Shown piece by piece: positions 41,467 to 53,348 of a stretch of DNA of 64,000 nucleotides. Positions within the stretch are counted from its first letter, which is position 1. Each line of letters opens with the position of its first letter. Origin of the DNA: an uncultured Gemmatimonadales bacterium (GTDB lineage: Bacteria; Gemmatimonadota; Gemmatimonadetes; Gemmatimonadales; GWC2-71-9); NCBI GenBank assembly GCA_963748815.1, contig CAVVKJ010000019.1:49907-113906 (forward strand), written 5' to 3'. A program made the translations under genes and the position numbers. The notes beneath the pieces are model-generated. The model was not told the origin of the DNA, did no database searches, and was given only the letters and a program-made list of their open reading frames with translations.

Positions 41467-42908
41467 CCACGCGACACCTCGGTCTCCTCCTCGCCGGCGC
41501 GGCCCTGGTCGGCGCCGCCCCGTCTCTCGCGGCCCAGGACTTCGATCGCTCCAAGGTGCCCGCCGCCGGCGTCACCCCGACAGTCCCGTCGCCCGAGGTC
41601 CATCGCCGCACGCTGCCGAACGGACTGGAACTCTGGACCGTCACCCGGAACGACCTGCCCATCGTCAACGCCACCCTCGTCATCCGCGCCGGCGGGGCGG
41701 AAGACGGCGCGCTTCCCGGCCTCGCGACGGTCACCGCGGGGCTGCTCGACGAGGGCTCCACCACGCGGAACGCGATTGAGTTTGCCCGCGCCCTCGAGGG
41801 GCTGGGCATATCACTCAGCGCCGGCTCCGGCCTCGAACAGACTGCCGTTCGCCTGCAGACGCTCACCCGAACGGCCGACAGCGCCTTCGCCCTCCTCGGC
41901 GAGCTTGTCACCCGCCCCGCCTTCGCGCCCGAGGAAATCGAGCGCGACCGGCAGCTGCGGCTGAACGCCATGCGGGCGCGGCGTGACCAGCCCACCGTCG
42001 TGGCGACGATGCTCTTCAACGCCGAGGTGTACGGCGCCGATGCCCCGTACGGTCACCCCGCCGACGGCACGCCGGCGTCGCTCGCGGCCATTTCGCAGGC
42101 CGATATTCTCGCCTTCTACCGCAAGTACTACCGCCCTGGCAACGCCGTGATGGTCGTGGTGGGTGACGTGACCCCCGACCGCGCCGCCGCGCTCGTCTCC
42201 TCGGCGCTCGGCGCGTGGCAGGGGAAGGCGGCGGTGAACGAGGCGGTGCCGGCGGCCCCCGCCCCGCGGGCCGCCACCGTCTACCTCGTGGACAAGCCGA
42301 AGGCGGCGCAGAGCGAGATCCGGATCGGCGGCGTCGGCGCATCCCGCACCAGCCCTGACTTCTACGCCCTGACCGTACTCAACACGGTGCTCGGCGGGCA
42401 GTTTAGCAGCCGGATCAACCTCAACATCCGGGAAAGCAAGGGATACACCTACGGCGCGCGGAGCAGCTTCACCTTCCTCCGCGGGCGCGGCCCCTGGCTG
42501 GCCAGCAGCGGTGTGGTGAGCGCCAAAACCGACAGCGCGCTGGTGGAGTTCATGCGGGAACTCGTGGACATCCGCGGCAGCCGGCCCGCCACCGAGGCGG
42601 AAGTCGCGTTCGCCACCGGCGCGATCGTGCGCAGCTACCCGCGGCGCCTGGAAACCAACGCCGGCACGGCGAACGAACTGTCGGAACTGGCGTACTACCG
42701 CCTCCCGCCGTCGGAACTGGTGGGTTTTCAGACCAAGGTCGGCGCGGTTACCCCCGCCGACGTCGACCGGGTGGCGAAGCAGTACATCCAACCCGAGCAC
42801 TTCCTCACTGTCGTCGTGGGTGACCTGGCCAGCATTCAGTCGAGCATCGAGGCGCTCAACCTCGGCACCGTGCACGTGGTCGATGCCGAGGGACACACAA
42901 CCCCGTAA
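41463..42908 (+). CDS. M16 peptidase, non-catalytic partner subunit
   Basis: LPNGL, SRINLNIRESKGYTYG, no HxxEH. Confidence 0.88.
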   Translation: MTTRHLGLLLAGAALVGAAPSLAAQDFDRSKVPAAGVTPTVPSPEVHRRTLPNGLELWTVTRNDLPIVNATLVIRAGGAEDGALPGLATVTAGLLDEGSTTRNAIEFARALEGLGISLSAGSGLEQTAVRLQTLTRTADSAFALLGELVTRPAFAPEEIERDRQLRLNAMRARRDQPTVVATMLFNAEVYGADAPYGHPADGTPASLAAISQADILAFYRKYYRPGNAVMVVVGDVTPDRAAALVSSALGAWQGKAAVNEAVPAAPAPRAATVYLVDKPKAAQSEIRIGGVGASRTSPDFYALTVLNTVLGGQFSSRINLNIRESKGYTYGARSSFTFLRGRGPWLASSGVVSAKTDSALVEFMRELVDIRGSRPATEAEVAFATGAIVRSYPRRLETNAGTANELSELAYYRLPPSELVGFQTKVGAVTPADVDRVAKQYIQPEHFLTVVVGDLASIQSSIEALNLGTVHVVDAEGHTTP

Positions 42909-42911
42909 GTG

Positions 42912-43242
42912 CTCACGCGAAGGCGTGAATAGGGGGGCTCACGCGAAGACGCGAAGGGGGCTGTACAGTCAAAGTTTCCAATTTCTTGTAGTTTTCGGTT
43001 GCCTTCTTACAATTTTCCTCAGTTTTCCATCGTTTTCTGTGGTTTTGTCGCTGTTTTCACGCCTTCGCGGCTTCGCGTGACTCCAAAGGCCGTCACCGTC
43101 AACCTCCACCAGGATCGACAGAAATTGAGCCATTTCTCGCAATTCTTCCGCATTTCCGGCTGTTTTCCGCTGTTTTCCCTCGTTTCTGTTGAAATTAGCA
43201 TGCCCCTTGCTCGGCTTCGCGCCTTCGCGGCTTCGCGTGAGC
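42912..43242. mobile_element. Putative non-autonomous element: family-A repeats with phased T-tract spacers
   Basis: ctcacgcgaag at the left end, cttcgcgtga at 43071-43080 and 43231-43240; homologous to 39326-39588. Confidence 0.55.
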
Positions 43243-43290
43243 CGCTGACCTAGCCACCCGCCTGATCCGGCATCATCTTCAGTAACCAAG

Positions 43291-43317
43291 TGGACCCCGG
43301 CCTTCGCCGGGGTGACG
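43291..43317. repeat. Family-D REP-like palindrome
   Basis: tggaccccggccttcgccggggtgac; copies at 52234-52260 and 57873-57899. Confidence 0.8.
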
Positions 43318-43348
43318 TGGGAAGTACCGAGTGTCCAAGGAGGCCCCC

Positions 43349-43780
43349 ATGCCCGAAGCCAAGACCAAACCCACCAAGGTCAGCGTCACCGAGTTCATCG
43401 CGTCGGTGCCCGACGAACGGCGACGCAAGGAAGCGCGGGTCCTGCTGAAGGTCTTCAAGGCCGCCACCGGCAAGCGCCCGGTGATGTGGGGGCCGTCGAT
43501 CGTGGGCTACGGCAGCTATCACTACAAGTATGCGAGCGGGCACGAAGGGGACTGCTGCCTCACCGGCTTCTCGCCACGCAAGGCGGCCATCTCGATCTAC
43601 ATTCTGGCGGGCTTCGCCGAGTACGGCGCGCTGCTCAAGAAGCTCGGGCCGCACAAGAAGAGTGTCGGCTGCCTCTACCTGAAACGGCTGGACGACGTCG
43701 ACCTCCAGGTGCTGGAGCGGATGATCCGGGCGTCGATCGCCGACATCAAGACGCGGGTGACGACCCTCACCTCCGCTTGA
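43349..43780 (+). CDS. DUF1801 (YdhG-like) protein
   Basis: MWGPSIVGYGSYHYKYASG, GFSPRK, CLYLKRLDDVD. Confidence 0.85.
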   Translation: MPEAKTKPTKVSVTEFIASVPDERRRKEARVLLKVFKAATGKRPVMWGPSIVGYGSYHYKYASGHEGDCCLTGFSPRKAAISIYILAGFAEYGALLKKLGPHKKSVGCLYLKRLDDVDLQVLERMIRASIADIKTRVTTLTSA

Positions 43781-45084
43781 CCCGCGACCCGGCCGCACCA
43801 CTCGGCGACATCCTCGACCGCGCCCGCCTCCCGGCCCGCGCGGCCTTCGTCGGCATCCTGCTCCTCGCCACCCTCTCCTCCTTCGACTTCAGCCCCGACG
43901 GCGCACGAGTCGCCTGGCGGCTGGGCCGGGCGCTCAGCCCGAACGTCGGCGCGAGCGACGCCATCGACGCGCTCCGCAACCTGGCGCTCTTCGCCGGCTG
44001 GGGCGTCGTGTGGATGGCCACCGCCGCTGCGGGCCGCACCACGCGGCAACTCCTCGGAGCGCTGACGTCCGGCGCCGCCATCAGCGTCGGCGTCGAGGCC
44101 GCGCAACTCTTTTCCGCCACGAGAAACGCGAGCATCGTCGACGTCTTCACCAATACCGTCGGCACCGCCGTCGGGGCGGTCGGCTTCGTCTTCCTCGTGC
44201 GGCTCGCCGCCTCCCTCAAGGGCCGGCGTTCGTTCGTCGGGATTCCCGCCCTGGCCATCGCCGGTCCGTACGGCCTGGCCTGCTTCATCGAGGCCACCGT
44301 CCCCCTCTTCCGGCAGGACGAGGTGTTCGGCGCGTCGGGGGGGCCGTTCGGACGGATGAGCATCGCCCTCGGTTCGTTCAGCTGGCGATCGCTGCTCGAC
44401 CTGCCGATCGAGGACTTCTTCCTCTTCCTTCCGGCCGGCGTCTTCGCCGTGGCGGCGCTCATCGAGGCCGACCTGGGCTACTCGTCGGCCCGCACCCGAG
44501 TCGTGCTGTACGGCGCCGCGTTCGCGCTGCTCGCCGAGGTGCTGCACGGCCCGAACGGCCAGCCGATCGTGGCCGGGGCTGTCATCGTCCACGCCCTGGC
44601 CGTTGCCGCCGGTGCGTTCCTCGCCGCCCGATTTCTGCCGGATTTCTCGCAGGCATTGCGCGGCGCCGCTCGTCCCCGCTCCCTGCTTCGGGGACTCGCC
44701 ATCCTCATTGCCCTCTGGGCGCTCCGACCCTGGGTGCCGGAGTTCCTTCCGCTCTCCGAGCGCCTCTCCGCCGACTGGTGGGTACCGCTCGCCGCACTTG
44801 GCGGGCGGATGGATGTCTTCAGCGTGGCCGATGTCGTGGGGCCCTTCTTCCTCTATTTCCCGCTTGGCGCGCTGCTCGCCGTCTGGCCCTGGCGGCGAAC
44901 CGGATGGATGGCCGACCTCTGGCCCGTGGTCTGGCTCGCCTTCGGCACCGAAGCGCTGCAGCTCGTCGTGCAGGGCCGCTTCGTCGATGTGACCGATCCG
45001 CTCATTCAGATCTCCGGCGCCGTCATCGGATGGACCATCATTCGCCGAGCCGGGTATCGTCCTTACGGAGAGAGCCACCCGTGA
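43777..45084 (+). CDS. VanZ-like multi-pass membrane protein
   Basis: NLALFAGWG, EAAQLFSATR.ASIVDV.TN, repeated module. Confidence 0.7.
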   Translation: MTRDPAAPLGDILDRARLPARAAFVGILLLATLSSFDFSPDGARVAWRLGRALSPNVGASDAIDALRNLALFAGWGVVWMATAAAGRTTRQLLGALTSGAAISVGVEAAQLFSATRNASIVDVFTNTVGTAVGAVGFVFLVRLAASLKGRRSFVGIPALAIAGPYGLACFIEATVPLFRQDEVFGASGGPFGRMSIALGSFSWRSLLDLPIEDFFLFLPAGVFAVAALIEADLGYSSARTRVVLYGAAFALLAEVLHGPNGQPIVAGAVIVHALAVAAGAFLAARFLPDFSQALRGAARPRSLLRGLAILIALWALRPWVPEFLPLSERLSADWWVPLAALGGRMDVFSVADVVGPFFLYFPLGALLAVWPWRRTGWMADLWPVVWLAFGTEALQLVVQGRFVDVTDPLIQISGAVIGWTIIRRAGYRPYGESHP

Positions 45085-45635
45085 CCCTCAAGCGCGCCGA
45101 CGTCATTCATCAGGGCCGCATCATCCGGCTCGAGCGGCACACCGTCGAGTTTCCCGATGGCAGCGAGGGACAGCTCGACGTGGTGCGCCATCCAGGCGCC
45201 GCGGCCGTCGTCCCCTTCCTCGACGATCCGACGGCCAACGACCCCCGCATCCTCCTCATTCGGCATTTCCGCCACGCCGCGGGCGGCTGGCTCTGGGAAG
45301 TGCCCGCCGGGAAACTCGATGCCGGCGAGCAGGCGCACCCCGAGCGCTGCGCCCATCGGGAATTGCAGGAGGAGACCGGCTATTCGGCGGAGGCCGTCAC
45401 CCACCTGCTCTCCATCGTGACCACGCCCGGCTTCTCCGACGAGGTGATTCACCTGTACATGGCCACCGGATTGACCAAGGGGGTCCACGCCAGGGAGGCG
45501 GACGAGTTCATGGAGCTGCACGAGCTTCCCCTGTCCAAGGTGCAGAAGATGATACAGGACAAGGAGATAACCGATGGCAAGTCGCTCGTTGCGCTGCTCT
45601 TCGTCCTCAATTTTCGGGTCGGCGCCTCGGGATAG
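45081..45635 (+). CDS. NUDIX hydrolase (ADP-ribose pyrophosphatase-like)
   Basis: EVPAGKLD.GE...CAHRELQEETGY, TPGFSDE. Confidence 0.9.
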   Translation: MTLKRADVIHQGRIIRLERHTVEFPDGSEGQLDVVRHPGAAAVVPFLDDPTANDPRILLIRHFRHAAGGWLWEVPAGKLDAGEQAHPERCAHRELQEETGYSAEAVTHLLSIVTTPGFSDEVIHLYMATGLTKGVHAREADEFMELHELPLSKVQKMIQDKEITDGKSLVALLFVLNFRVGASG

Positions 45636-45640
45636 GTCGC

Positions 45641-45666
45641 GCTTCCCCGCTTCCCCGCTTCCCCGC
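45641..45666 (-). repeat. Family-B 8-bp tandem repeat (GCGGGGAA)n
   Basis: gcttcccc x3; copies at 55230, 56385, 56735, 56831, 60428, 63857 and 63949. Confidence 0.9.
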
Positions 45667-45680
45667 CTATCTTTCCCCGA

Positions 45681-46736
45681 ATGGGCACCCATTCGTACGG
45701 CACCTTCACCAAGGCCCTCGACGCCGGCAAGTTCGCGCCTGCGTACTACTTCCTGGGCGCCGAAAATGTGTTGAAGGACGAGGCCACCACCGCCCTCCTC
45801 GACAGGGTGCTGGACCCGGGGCTCCGCGACTTCAACCTCGACGTTCGCTCGGCGCAGCAGCTCGAACCGGAAGACGTCCTCTCGCTCTGCACCACCCTGC
45901 CGATGATGGCCGATCGCCGGGTGGTCGTGGTGCGCGACGTCGAGGCGTGGAAGCGGAAAACCCGCGGGAAGAAGGCCGTCCTGCAGTACCTCGAGAAGCC
46001 GATTCCCGAAACGGTCCTGGTGCTGGTCCAGGGCGCCGGCGGCGAGGCCAAGGACGACAAGCCCGACACCGAGCTCGCCAAGCACAGTTACACGGTCGCG
46101 TTTGCGGAACTCACCGTCGAGGAAGCCACCCGATGGGTGGCGCGCGAAGCGAAGGCGATGGGCATCGCGTTCGCGCCCGGCGCCGAGGCGCATCTCCTGA
46201 AGACCGTCGGCACCGACCTTGGCGCGCTCCGGTCCGAGTTGCAGAAGCTCTACGGGCTCGCGAGTGAGGGCCCCGTCACCCTCGAACGACTCGGCGACCT
46301 GGTCGGCGTCCGGTACGGCGAGACCCCGTACGACTGGCGCAACGCCGTCATGACGGGCGACACCGCCACGGCCCTCCGGCTGACTCCCGTCGTGCTGTCC
46401 CAGACCGGCGTCTCGGGGGTGCGCCTGGCGCAACTGCTCGGCACCGCGCTGGTGGCGACGGCGGCCACGCGGGCACATTATGAGAGGAAGGCCCGCGGCC
46501 GCCAGCTCAACGCCGCCGTGTGGGACATCGTGAAGTCGGCCCGGCCTCCCGGGCTCGGCCAATGGGGCGACGAGGTCAACAACTTCTGTCGCTGGGCCGA
46601 GCGCTGGACGCAGCCCCGACTTCGTGCCGCCCTCAAGGCCACGCTCGACGCCGACCGCGCCAGCAAGAGCACCACGATCACCGGCGACATCGGGACGGTG
46701 CAGGAGCTGGTGTTGCGACTCGGTGTGATGGACTGA
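45681..46736 (+). CDS. holA: DNA polymerase III delta subunit
   Basis: PAYYFLGAE, DFNLD, TLPMMADRRVVVV, SELQKL. Confidence 0.85.
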   Translation: MGTHSYGTFTKALDAGKFAPAYYFLGAENVLKDEATTALLDRVLDPGLRDFNLDVRSAQQLEPEDVLSLCTTLPMMADRRVVVVRDVEAWKRKTRGKKAVLQYLEKPIPETVLVLVQGAGGEAKDDKPDTELAKHSYTVAFAELTVEEATRWVAREAKAMGIAFAPGAEAHLLKTVGTDLGALRSELQKLYGLASEGPVTLERLGDLVGVRYGETPYDWRNAVMTGDTATALRLTPVVLSQTGVSGVRLAQLLGTALVATAATRAHYERKARGRQLNAAVWDIVKSARPPGLGQWGDEVNNFCRWAERWTQPRLRAALKATLDADRASKSTTITGDIGTVQELVLRLGVMD

Positions 46737-46863
46737 GAAAAACGAAAAAGAGGACTTGGGACTTGGAGGGGCGGAAGGAGAAAGGCGGAAGGGGGGGCCT
46801 TCCCTTCGCGGCTTCGCGCCTTCGCGTGAGCCCCTGTCGATACAATCAGGAACTGGAGCAACT

Positions 46864-47682
46864 GTGAAACACCTGTTCAGCCTGGCGCTTCTGCTGGCCA
46901 CCACTGCGCCCGTCGCTCACGCCCAGACCGATGCGCGTCTCAAGACCGCCGTGCAGCTGGCCGCCGAGGGGCTGCCCGATTCCGCCGCCGCCATCGTCAA
47001 CGGCCTGTTGTCCGTCACCCCGGTGAGCGACCCGTTGTACCCGGAAATTCTCTACACCCAGGGCTCGATCGCCCGCACCACCACGGAGATGCAGCGCGCC
47101 TACCAGAAGGTGGCGGTGGAATATCCGACCAGCCCCTGGGCCGACGACGCGCTGCTGCGCCTGGCGCAGATGGATTTCGCCTCCCGCAACTTTGCCGGCA
47201 CCATCCGCGGCGCCGAGCAGATTCGCGCCAATGATCCCTCGAGCACGCTCATTCCGTCGGCCTCCTACTGGGCGGCCCGCGCCAGCTTCGAGCTCGGGAA
47301 GGACGCCGACGCCTGCGGGTGGATCACGAGTGGGCTGGAGAGCGCGACCGCCGACGTCGAGGCCAGGAATCGGCTGGAGTTCCTCAAGGGCCGTTGCAGC
47401 GGTCAGGCCAATGCGAGCCCCAGCCTCCCGGCTCCCAGCCCCGCCGCCCCGCCTGCCGCAGGCAACTGGGGTGTCCAGGTCGCCGCCGTCTCCTCCCAGG
47501 CGTCCGCCAACAGCGTCATTGCCGACCTCAAGGCAATCGGCATGACCGGCACCGCGGTCAAGGAGGGCGGCAGCCTCTACAAGGTGCGCGTCACCGGCCT
47601 CGCCTCGCGCGACGCCGCCGATGCCGCCGCCGCCGCCATCAAGGCGAAGCTCGGCGGCAGCCCCTTCGTGCTGGCGCCCTAG
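46864..47682 (+). CDS. Exported TPR/SPOR domain protein
   Basis: Signal peptide, EYPTSPWADDALLRL, C-terminal VQVAA...YKVRV. Confidence 0.8.
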   Translation: MKHLFSLALLLATTAPVAHAQTDARLKTAVQLAAEGLPDSAAAIVNGLLSVTPVSDPLYPEILYTQGSIARTTTEMQRAYQKVAVEYPTSPWADDALLRLAQMDFASRNFAGTIRGAEQIRANDPSSTLIPSASYWAARASFELGKDADACGWITSGLESATADVEARNRLEFLKGRCSGQANASPSLPAPSPAAPPAAGNWGVQVAAVSSQASANSVIADLKAIGMTGTAVKEGGSLYKVRVTGLASRDAADAAAAAIKAKLGGSPFVLAP

Positions 47683-47691
47683 GACGCACCG

Positions 47692-50310
47692 GTGGCCGAT
47701 CCGCTCAACTCCCCGCTCATGCTGCAGTACCGCGAGATCAAGTCGCGGCACCAGGATGCGATCCTGTTCTTTCGCATGGGCGACTTCTACGAAATGTTTT
47801 TCGACGACGCCGAGCGCGCCGCGAAGCTGCTGAACATCACGCTCACCAGCCGGGGCGACGGCATCCCGCTCGCCGGCGTGCCCGTGAAGGCGGCCGCGGA
47901 CTACCTGCGGCAGCTCGTCGGCGCCGGACTCCGGGTCGCCATCTGCGAACAGGTCGAGGACCCGAAACAGGCCAAGGGGATCGTCCGGCGCGAGGTGATC
48001 GAGACCATCACGCCAGGCGCGCTGCTCGAGGACGGCTGGTTGTCGGGGGGGCGGAACAACTACCTGGTGGCTGTCAGCGGGGCAGGGGGCCGAGCCGCGG
48101 CTTTAGCCGCGGACATTGTCGGACTCGCAGCGGTCGACCTGTCGACCGGCGAGTTTCTTCTCGAGACGCTTTCGGCGGAGGAGCTCCCTGAAGCCCTGAG
48201 CCGGCTCGCTCCCGCCGAGGTGGCCAGCCCCGCCGACGCCGACCTGCAGCTGGACGACGGCGTGATGCGCACCGCGCGGGAGCGGTGGGAGTTCGATCCC
48301 GCACTGGCGCGCGAGGAGCTGGCCCGCCGTTTCAATCTCGCCTCGCTCGACGGCCTCGGCCTGAGTCCGGCCGACGATCCCGCCATCGGCGCCGCGGGCG
48401 CGCTGCTCCGCTACCTCTCCGAACTCCAGCCCGGCGGGCTCAAGCACCTGGCCCGTCCCACCGTCCGCCGCTCCGACGGTCACCTCTGGCTCGACGAGAT
48501 GACCCGCCGGAACCTCGAGCTGGTGGAACCGCTCCGGGCCGGCGCGCGGGGGGTCACCCTCCTCGAGACGATCGACGCCACCGTGACGCCGATGGGCGCC
48601 CGGCTCCTTCGTACCTGGCTGCTCAATCCGCTGTCCGACCTGGCCCGGATCGAGGAGCGGCTCGATGCCGTCGCCGTGCTGGTGGACGACACGCGCGGGC
48701 GCGCCCGGCTCCGCGAGGCCCTCGAGGGGGTGCGCGACATCGAGCGCCTGGCCGGGCGCGCCGCCGCCGGCCGCGCGACGCCGCGAGAGCTCGGCGCCCT
48801 CCGCGACTCATTCCTGCGCCTCCCCGACGTGCTCGAAAGCCTCCGGGGCCTCGCGCGCCGGGATGACAGCGCCGCGCTCACCGCGTCCGAATCGGCGTTC
48901 GACCTCCTCGCCGACCTCGGACAGCTGCTGGGGTCGGCGCTCGAGGAACGGCCGCCGGCCACGCTCGCCGAAGGGGGCGCCATCCGTCGGGGATACGACG
49001 CGGAGCTCGACGAGAGCCGCGACCTGCGCGACGGCGGCAAGCAATACATCGCGGCGCTGCAGCAGCGGGAGCGGGAACGCACCGGCATCCCCTCCCTCAA
49101 GGTGGGGTACAACAAGGTCTTCGGATACTATCTCGAGGTCACGCACGCGCACGCCAGCCGGGTCCCGGCCGACTACGAGCGCCGGCAGACCCTCACCGGC
49201 GCCGAGCGCTACGTCATTCCGGAACTGAAGGAATACGAGAGCAAGGTCCTCAGCGCCGAGGAGCGAATGCACTCGCGCGAGGCGGAGCTCGTGACAGTGC
49301 TCCGGGATCGGGTCGGCGGCGACGTCGCCCGCATCCAGCGCACGGCGCAGCTGCTGGCCCGCCTCGACGTCTGGTCCGGGCTGGGGGAGCGCGCCGTGCA
49401 CGGACGATATGTCCGGCCCAGCATGACCACGCACTTCGGCCTGTCGCTCACCGCCAGCCGGCACGCCGTCATCGAGCGGATGATGCCGCGCGAGGCGTTC
49501 ATGCCGAACGACGTGCGCTTCACCGAGGCGGAGCGGGTGCTCCTGGTGACCGGCCCGAACATGGCCGGCAAGAGCACCATCCTCCGGCAGATCGGGCTCT
49601 GCGTGGTGCTGGCGCAGATGGGCGCCTTCGTGCCCGCCGACGCCGCCGACATCGGCATCGTGGACCGGCTCTTCACCCGGGTGGGGGCCAGCGACAACCT
49701 GGCCCAGGGACAGAGCACCTTCATGGTCGAAATGGCGGAGACCAGCGCCATTCTTCACAACGCGACGGCGTCCTCGCTGGTGCTGCTCGACGAGATCGGC
49801 CGTGGCACCAGCACCTACGACGGAGTGGCCATCGCCTGGGCGGTCAGCGAGCACCTGCACGACCAGGTCGGCTGCAAGACGATGTTTGCCACCCACTATC
49901 ATGAACTGATGCAGCTTCCGGAGCGGCTGGCCCACGCCCGCAACCTGAACGTGGCCGTGCGCGAGACGGGAGAAACGGTAGTATTCCTGCATCGGCTCGA
50001 GGCCGGCGGCACCGACCGGTCATACGGCGTGCACGTGGCCCAGCTCGCCGGGCTCCCTGATGCGGTCGTGGCCCGGGCGCGTGCCGTGCTCACCACCCTT
50101 GAGGGGACGCACCGGGTCGTGAAGGGCCCTCCGCCACCCGAACCGGACCCGACGCAACTGCCGCTCTTCAATGAGCCAGCGCCTCATCCCGCCCTGGAAG
50201 CTCTCCGGGCCATGGATGTGTCGAACATGACGCCACTCGAGGCGCTGAATCGGCTGGCGGAGTTGCAGAACAAGGCGGGGCCGCGGGGCCGCGGGGCCGC
50301 CGGGCCGTAG
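47692..50310 (+). CDS. mutS: DNA mismatch repair protein MutS
   Basis: RMGDFYEMF, TGPNMAGKST, STFMVEM, DEIGRGT. Confidence 0.97.
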   Translation: MADPLNSPLMLQYREIKSRHQDAILFFRMGDFYEMFFDDAERAAKLLNITLTSRGDGIPLAGVPVKAAADYLRQLVGAGLRVAICEQVEDPKQAKGIVRREVIETITPGALLEDGWLSGGRNNYLVAVSGAGGRAAALAADIVGLAAVDLSTGEFLLETLSAEELPEALSRLAPAEVASPADADLQLDDGVMRTARERWEFDPALAREELARRFNLASLDGLGLSPADDPAIGAAGALLRYLSELQPGGLKHLARPTVRRSDGHLWLDEMTRRNLELVEPLRAGARGVTLLETIDATVTPMGARLLRTWLLNPLSDLARIEERLDAVAVLVDDTRGRARLREALEGVRDIERLAGRAAAGRATPRELGALRDSFLRLPDVLESLRGLARRDDSAALTASESAFDLLADLGQLLGSALEERPPATLAEGGAIRRGYDAELDESRDLRDGGKQYIAALQQRERERTGIPSLKVGYNKVFGYYLEVTHAHASRVPADYERRQTLTGAERYVIPELKEYESKVLSAEERMHSREAELVTVLRDRVGGDVARIQRTAQLLARLDVWSGLGERAVHGRYVRPSMTTHFGLSLTASRHAVIERMMPREAFMPNDVRFTEAERVLLVTGPNMAGKSTILRQIGLCVVLAQMGAFVPADAADIGIVDRLFTRVGASDNLAQGQSTFMVEMAETSAILHNATASSLVLLDEIGRGTSTYDGVAIAWAVSEHLHDQVGCKTMFATHYHELMQLPERLAHARNLNVAVRETGETVVFLHRLEAGGTDRSYGVHVAQLAGLPDAVVARARAVLTTLEGTHRVVKGPPPPEPDPTQLPLFNEPAPHPALEALRAMDVSNMTPLEALNRLAELQNKAGPRGRGAAGP

Positions 50311-50379
50311 GGGCGGACGGCCGTGCGCCTACCAATTTCGTGCTTTCGTGATTTCGTGAATTCAGTTCCTGGAGCGTGG

Positions 50380-50793
50380 ATGCATCGACTCACTGCGCTG
50401 GCAGTTGTACTGCTCGCCCTCGCCTGCGACAAGGGCCAGACCGGCATCATCCAGCTGCCTCCCGGCACGCCGCCGCCGACCGATCAGCCGCGCGACCTGC
50501 CGCCGGTGGCGCTCAACGCGCAGACCCCGGTCGAATACCCGCCGGCGCTCTTCGACCAGGGGATCGAGGGCACCGTGATCCTCCGGCTCTACGCCGACAC
50601 CGCCGGCGTGCTGGTCAACGACTCGACCCGGGTCCAGGAATCGAGCGGCTACCCCGCCCTCGACTCGGCCGCCGTGGCCGCGGCGCCCAACCTCCTGTTC
50701 GCCCCCGCGCGCCGCGATGGAAAGCCGGTGGCCGCGTCGTTCCTGCAGCCGATCTATTTCCGCCACCCCGGTGTCGGAGGAGTTACGCCGTGA
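50380..50793 (+). CDS. TonB C-terminal domain lipoprotein
   Basis: EYPPAL...GIEGTV, SSGYPALDSAA. Confidence 0.8.
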   Translation: MHRLTALAVVLLALACDKGQTGIIQLPPGTPPPTDQPRDLPPVALNAQTPVEYPPALFDQGIEGTVILRLYADTAGVLVNDSTRVQESSGYPALDSAAVAAAPNLLFAPARRDGKPVAASFLQPIYFRHPGVGGVTP

Positions 50794-52180
50794 CCCACCC
50801 CCACCAGACGCCCTACGACAACGTCCTCGATACCATCGGCTGGACGCCGCTCATCCGGCTCGGCCGGGTCGGCGCCGGCGTCCGCACCCCGGTCTACGGC
50901 AAGGCGGAATACGCCAACCCAGGCGGGTCGGTCAAGGATCGCATCGGACTCGCCATCATCGAGGACGCCGAGCGGCGCGGCGATCTGAAGCCCGGCGGGA
51001 CCATCGTCGAAGGGCACCAGCGGCAACACCGGGGTCGGCATCGCGGTGGCCGCGGCGCTGAAGGGGTACCGCTGCATCTTCACGATGCCCGACAAGATGT
51101 CCCAGGAAAAGGTCCGCCTGCTCAAGGCGTACGGCGCGGAGGTGGTCATCACCCCGACCGCCGTCCCGCCCGATCACCCCGACAACTACGTCATGAAGGC
51201 CAAACAGATCGTCAAGGACACACCGGGCGCGGTGCTGGCCAACCAGTTCTACAATCCGGTCAATCCCGAGGCCCATTACCGCACCACCGGCCCCGAAATC
51301 TGGGAGCAGACCAAGGGGAACGGTGACGCACTTCATCGCGGGGGCGGGGACCGGCGGCACGGTGAGCGGCGCGGGCAAGTTCCTCAAGGAAAAGAATCCG
51401 AAGATTCGCGTCATCGCCGGCGACCCGGTCGGCTCCCAGTACAGCAACTGGGCCCGCACCCAGAGCATGGGCGAGGGCGCCCCGTACAAGGTCGAGGGGA
51501 TCGGCGGCGACAAGATCCCGACCACCATCCTCTTCGAGCACATCGACGAGTTCCGCCAGCTCGGCGACCGCGATTCGATGGCCATGGCGCGCCGCCTCGC
51601 GCGGGAAGAGGGGATGCTGGTGGGCGGGTCCGCCGGGCTCAACGTCGCCCTGGCGCTGCAGGTGGCCCGCGAGGTGGACGACCCGAAGGCCTGCGTCGTC
51701 ACCATCCTCTGCGACACCGGCGAGCGGTACCTCAGCAAGCTCTTCAACGACGAGTGGATGCAGGAGAACCAGCTCCTCGACGCAACGCACAGCACCGTGG
51801 CCGACCTCCTCGCCCGCCGGCAGGGCTCCCACCCCGCCCTGGTGAGCCTGGCCCCCTCGGCGCAGGTGCGCCAGGCGCTGGGACTGATGAGCACCTGGGG
51901 CGTGAGCCAGATTCCGGTGCTCGAGGACGGCCGCTCCATCGGCACCCTGACCGAAGCCACCGTCATGACCCGCGCCCTCGGCCAGCCGGCGCTGCTGGAT
52001 CGCCCGGTGCGCGAGGTGATGGAGGCGTCGCTCCCTGTGGTGAATGCAGATTTCGCCTCCGACCGGCTGGCACCGATGCTCACCCGCGACCTCCCCGCCG
52101 CGCTGGTGGAGAAGGACGGGGTGTTGATTGGCATCGTCAGCCGGTACGACGTGCTCCGCGAAATGATCGGAGCCAGATAG
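50790..52180 (+). CDS. Cystathionine beta-synthase (PLP enzyme plus CBS pair), two frameshifts
   Basis: NPGGSVKDR, TSGNTG, GTGGT, CDTGERYLSK, CBS domains. Confidence 0.9.
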
Positions 52181-52258
52181 GCGTCCCCCCTCTCCATATC
52201 ATGGAGAGGGGAACAAAGGGTGACGCGAGACGATGGACCCCGGCTTTCGCCGGGGTGA

Positions 52259-53347
<1,089 letters not shown>

Positions 53348-53348
53348 C

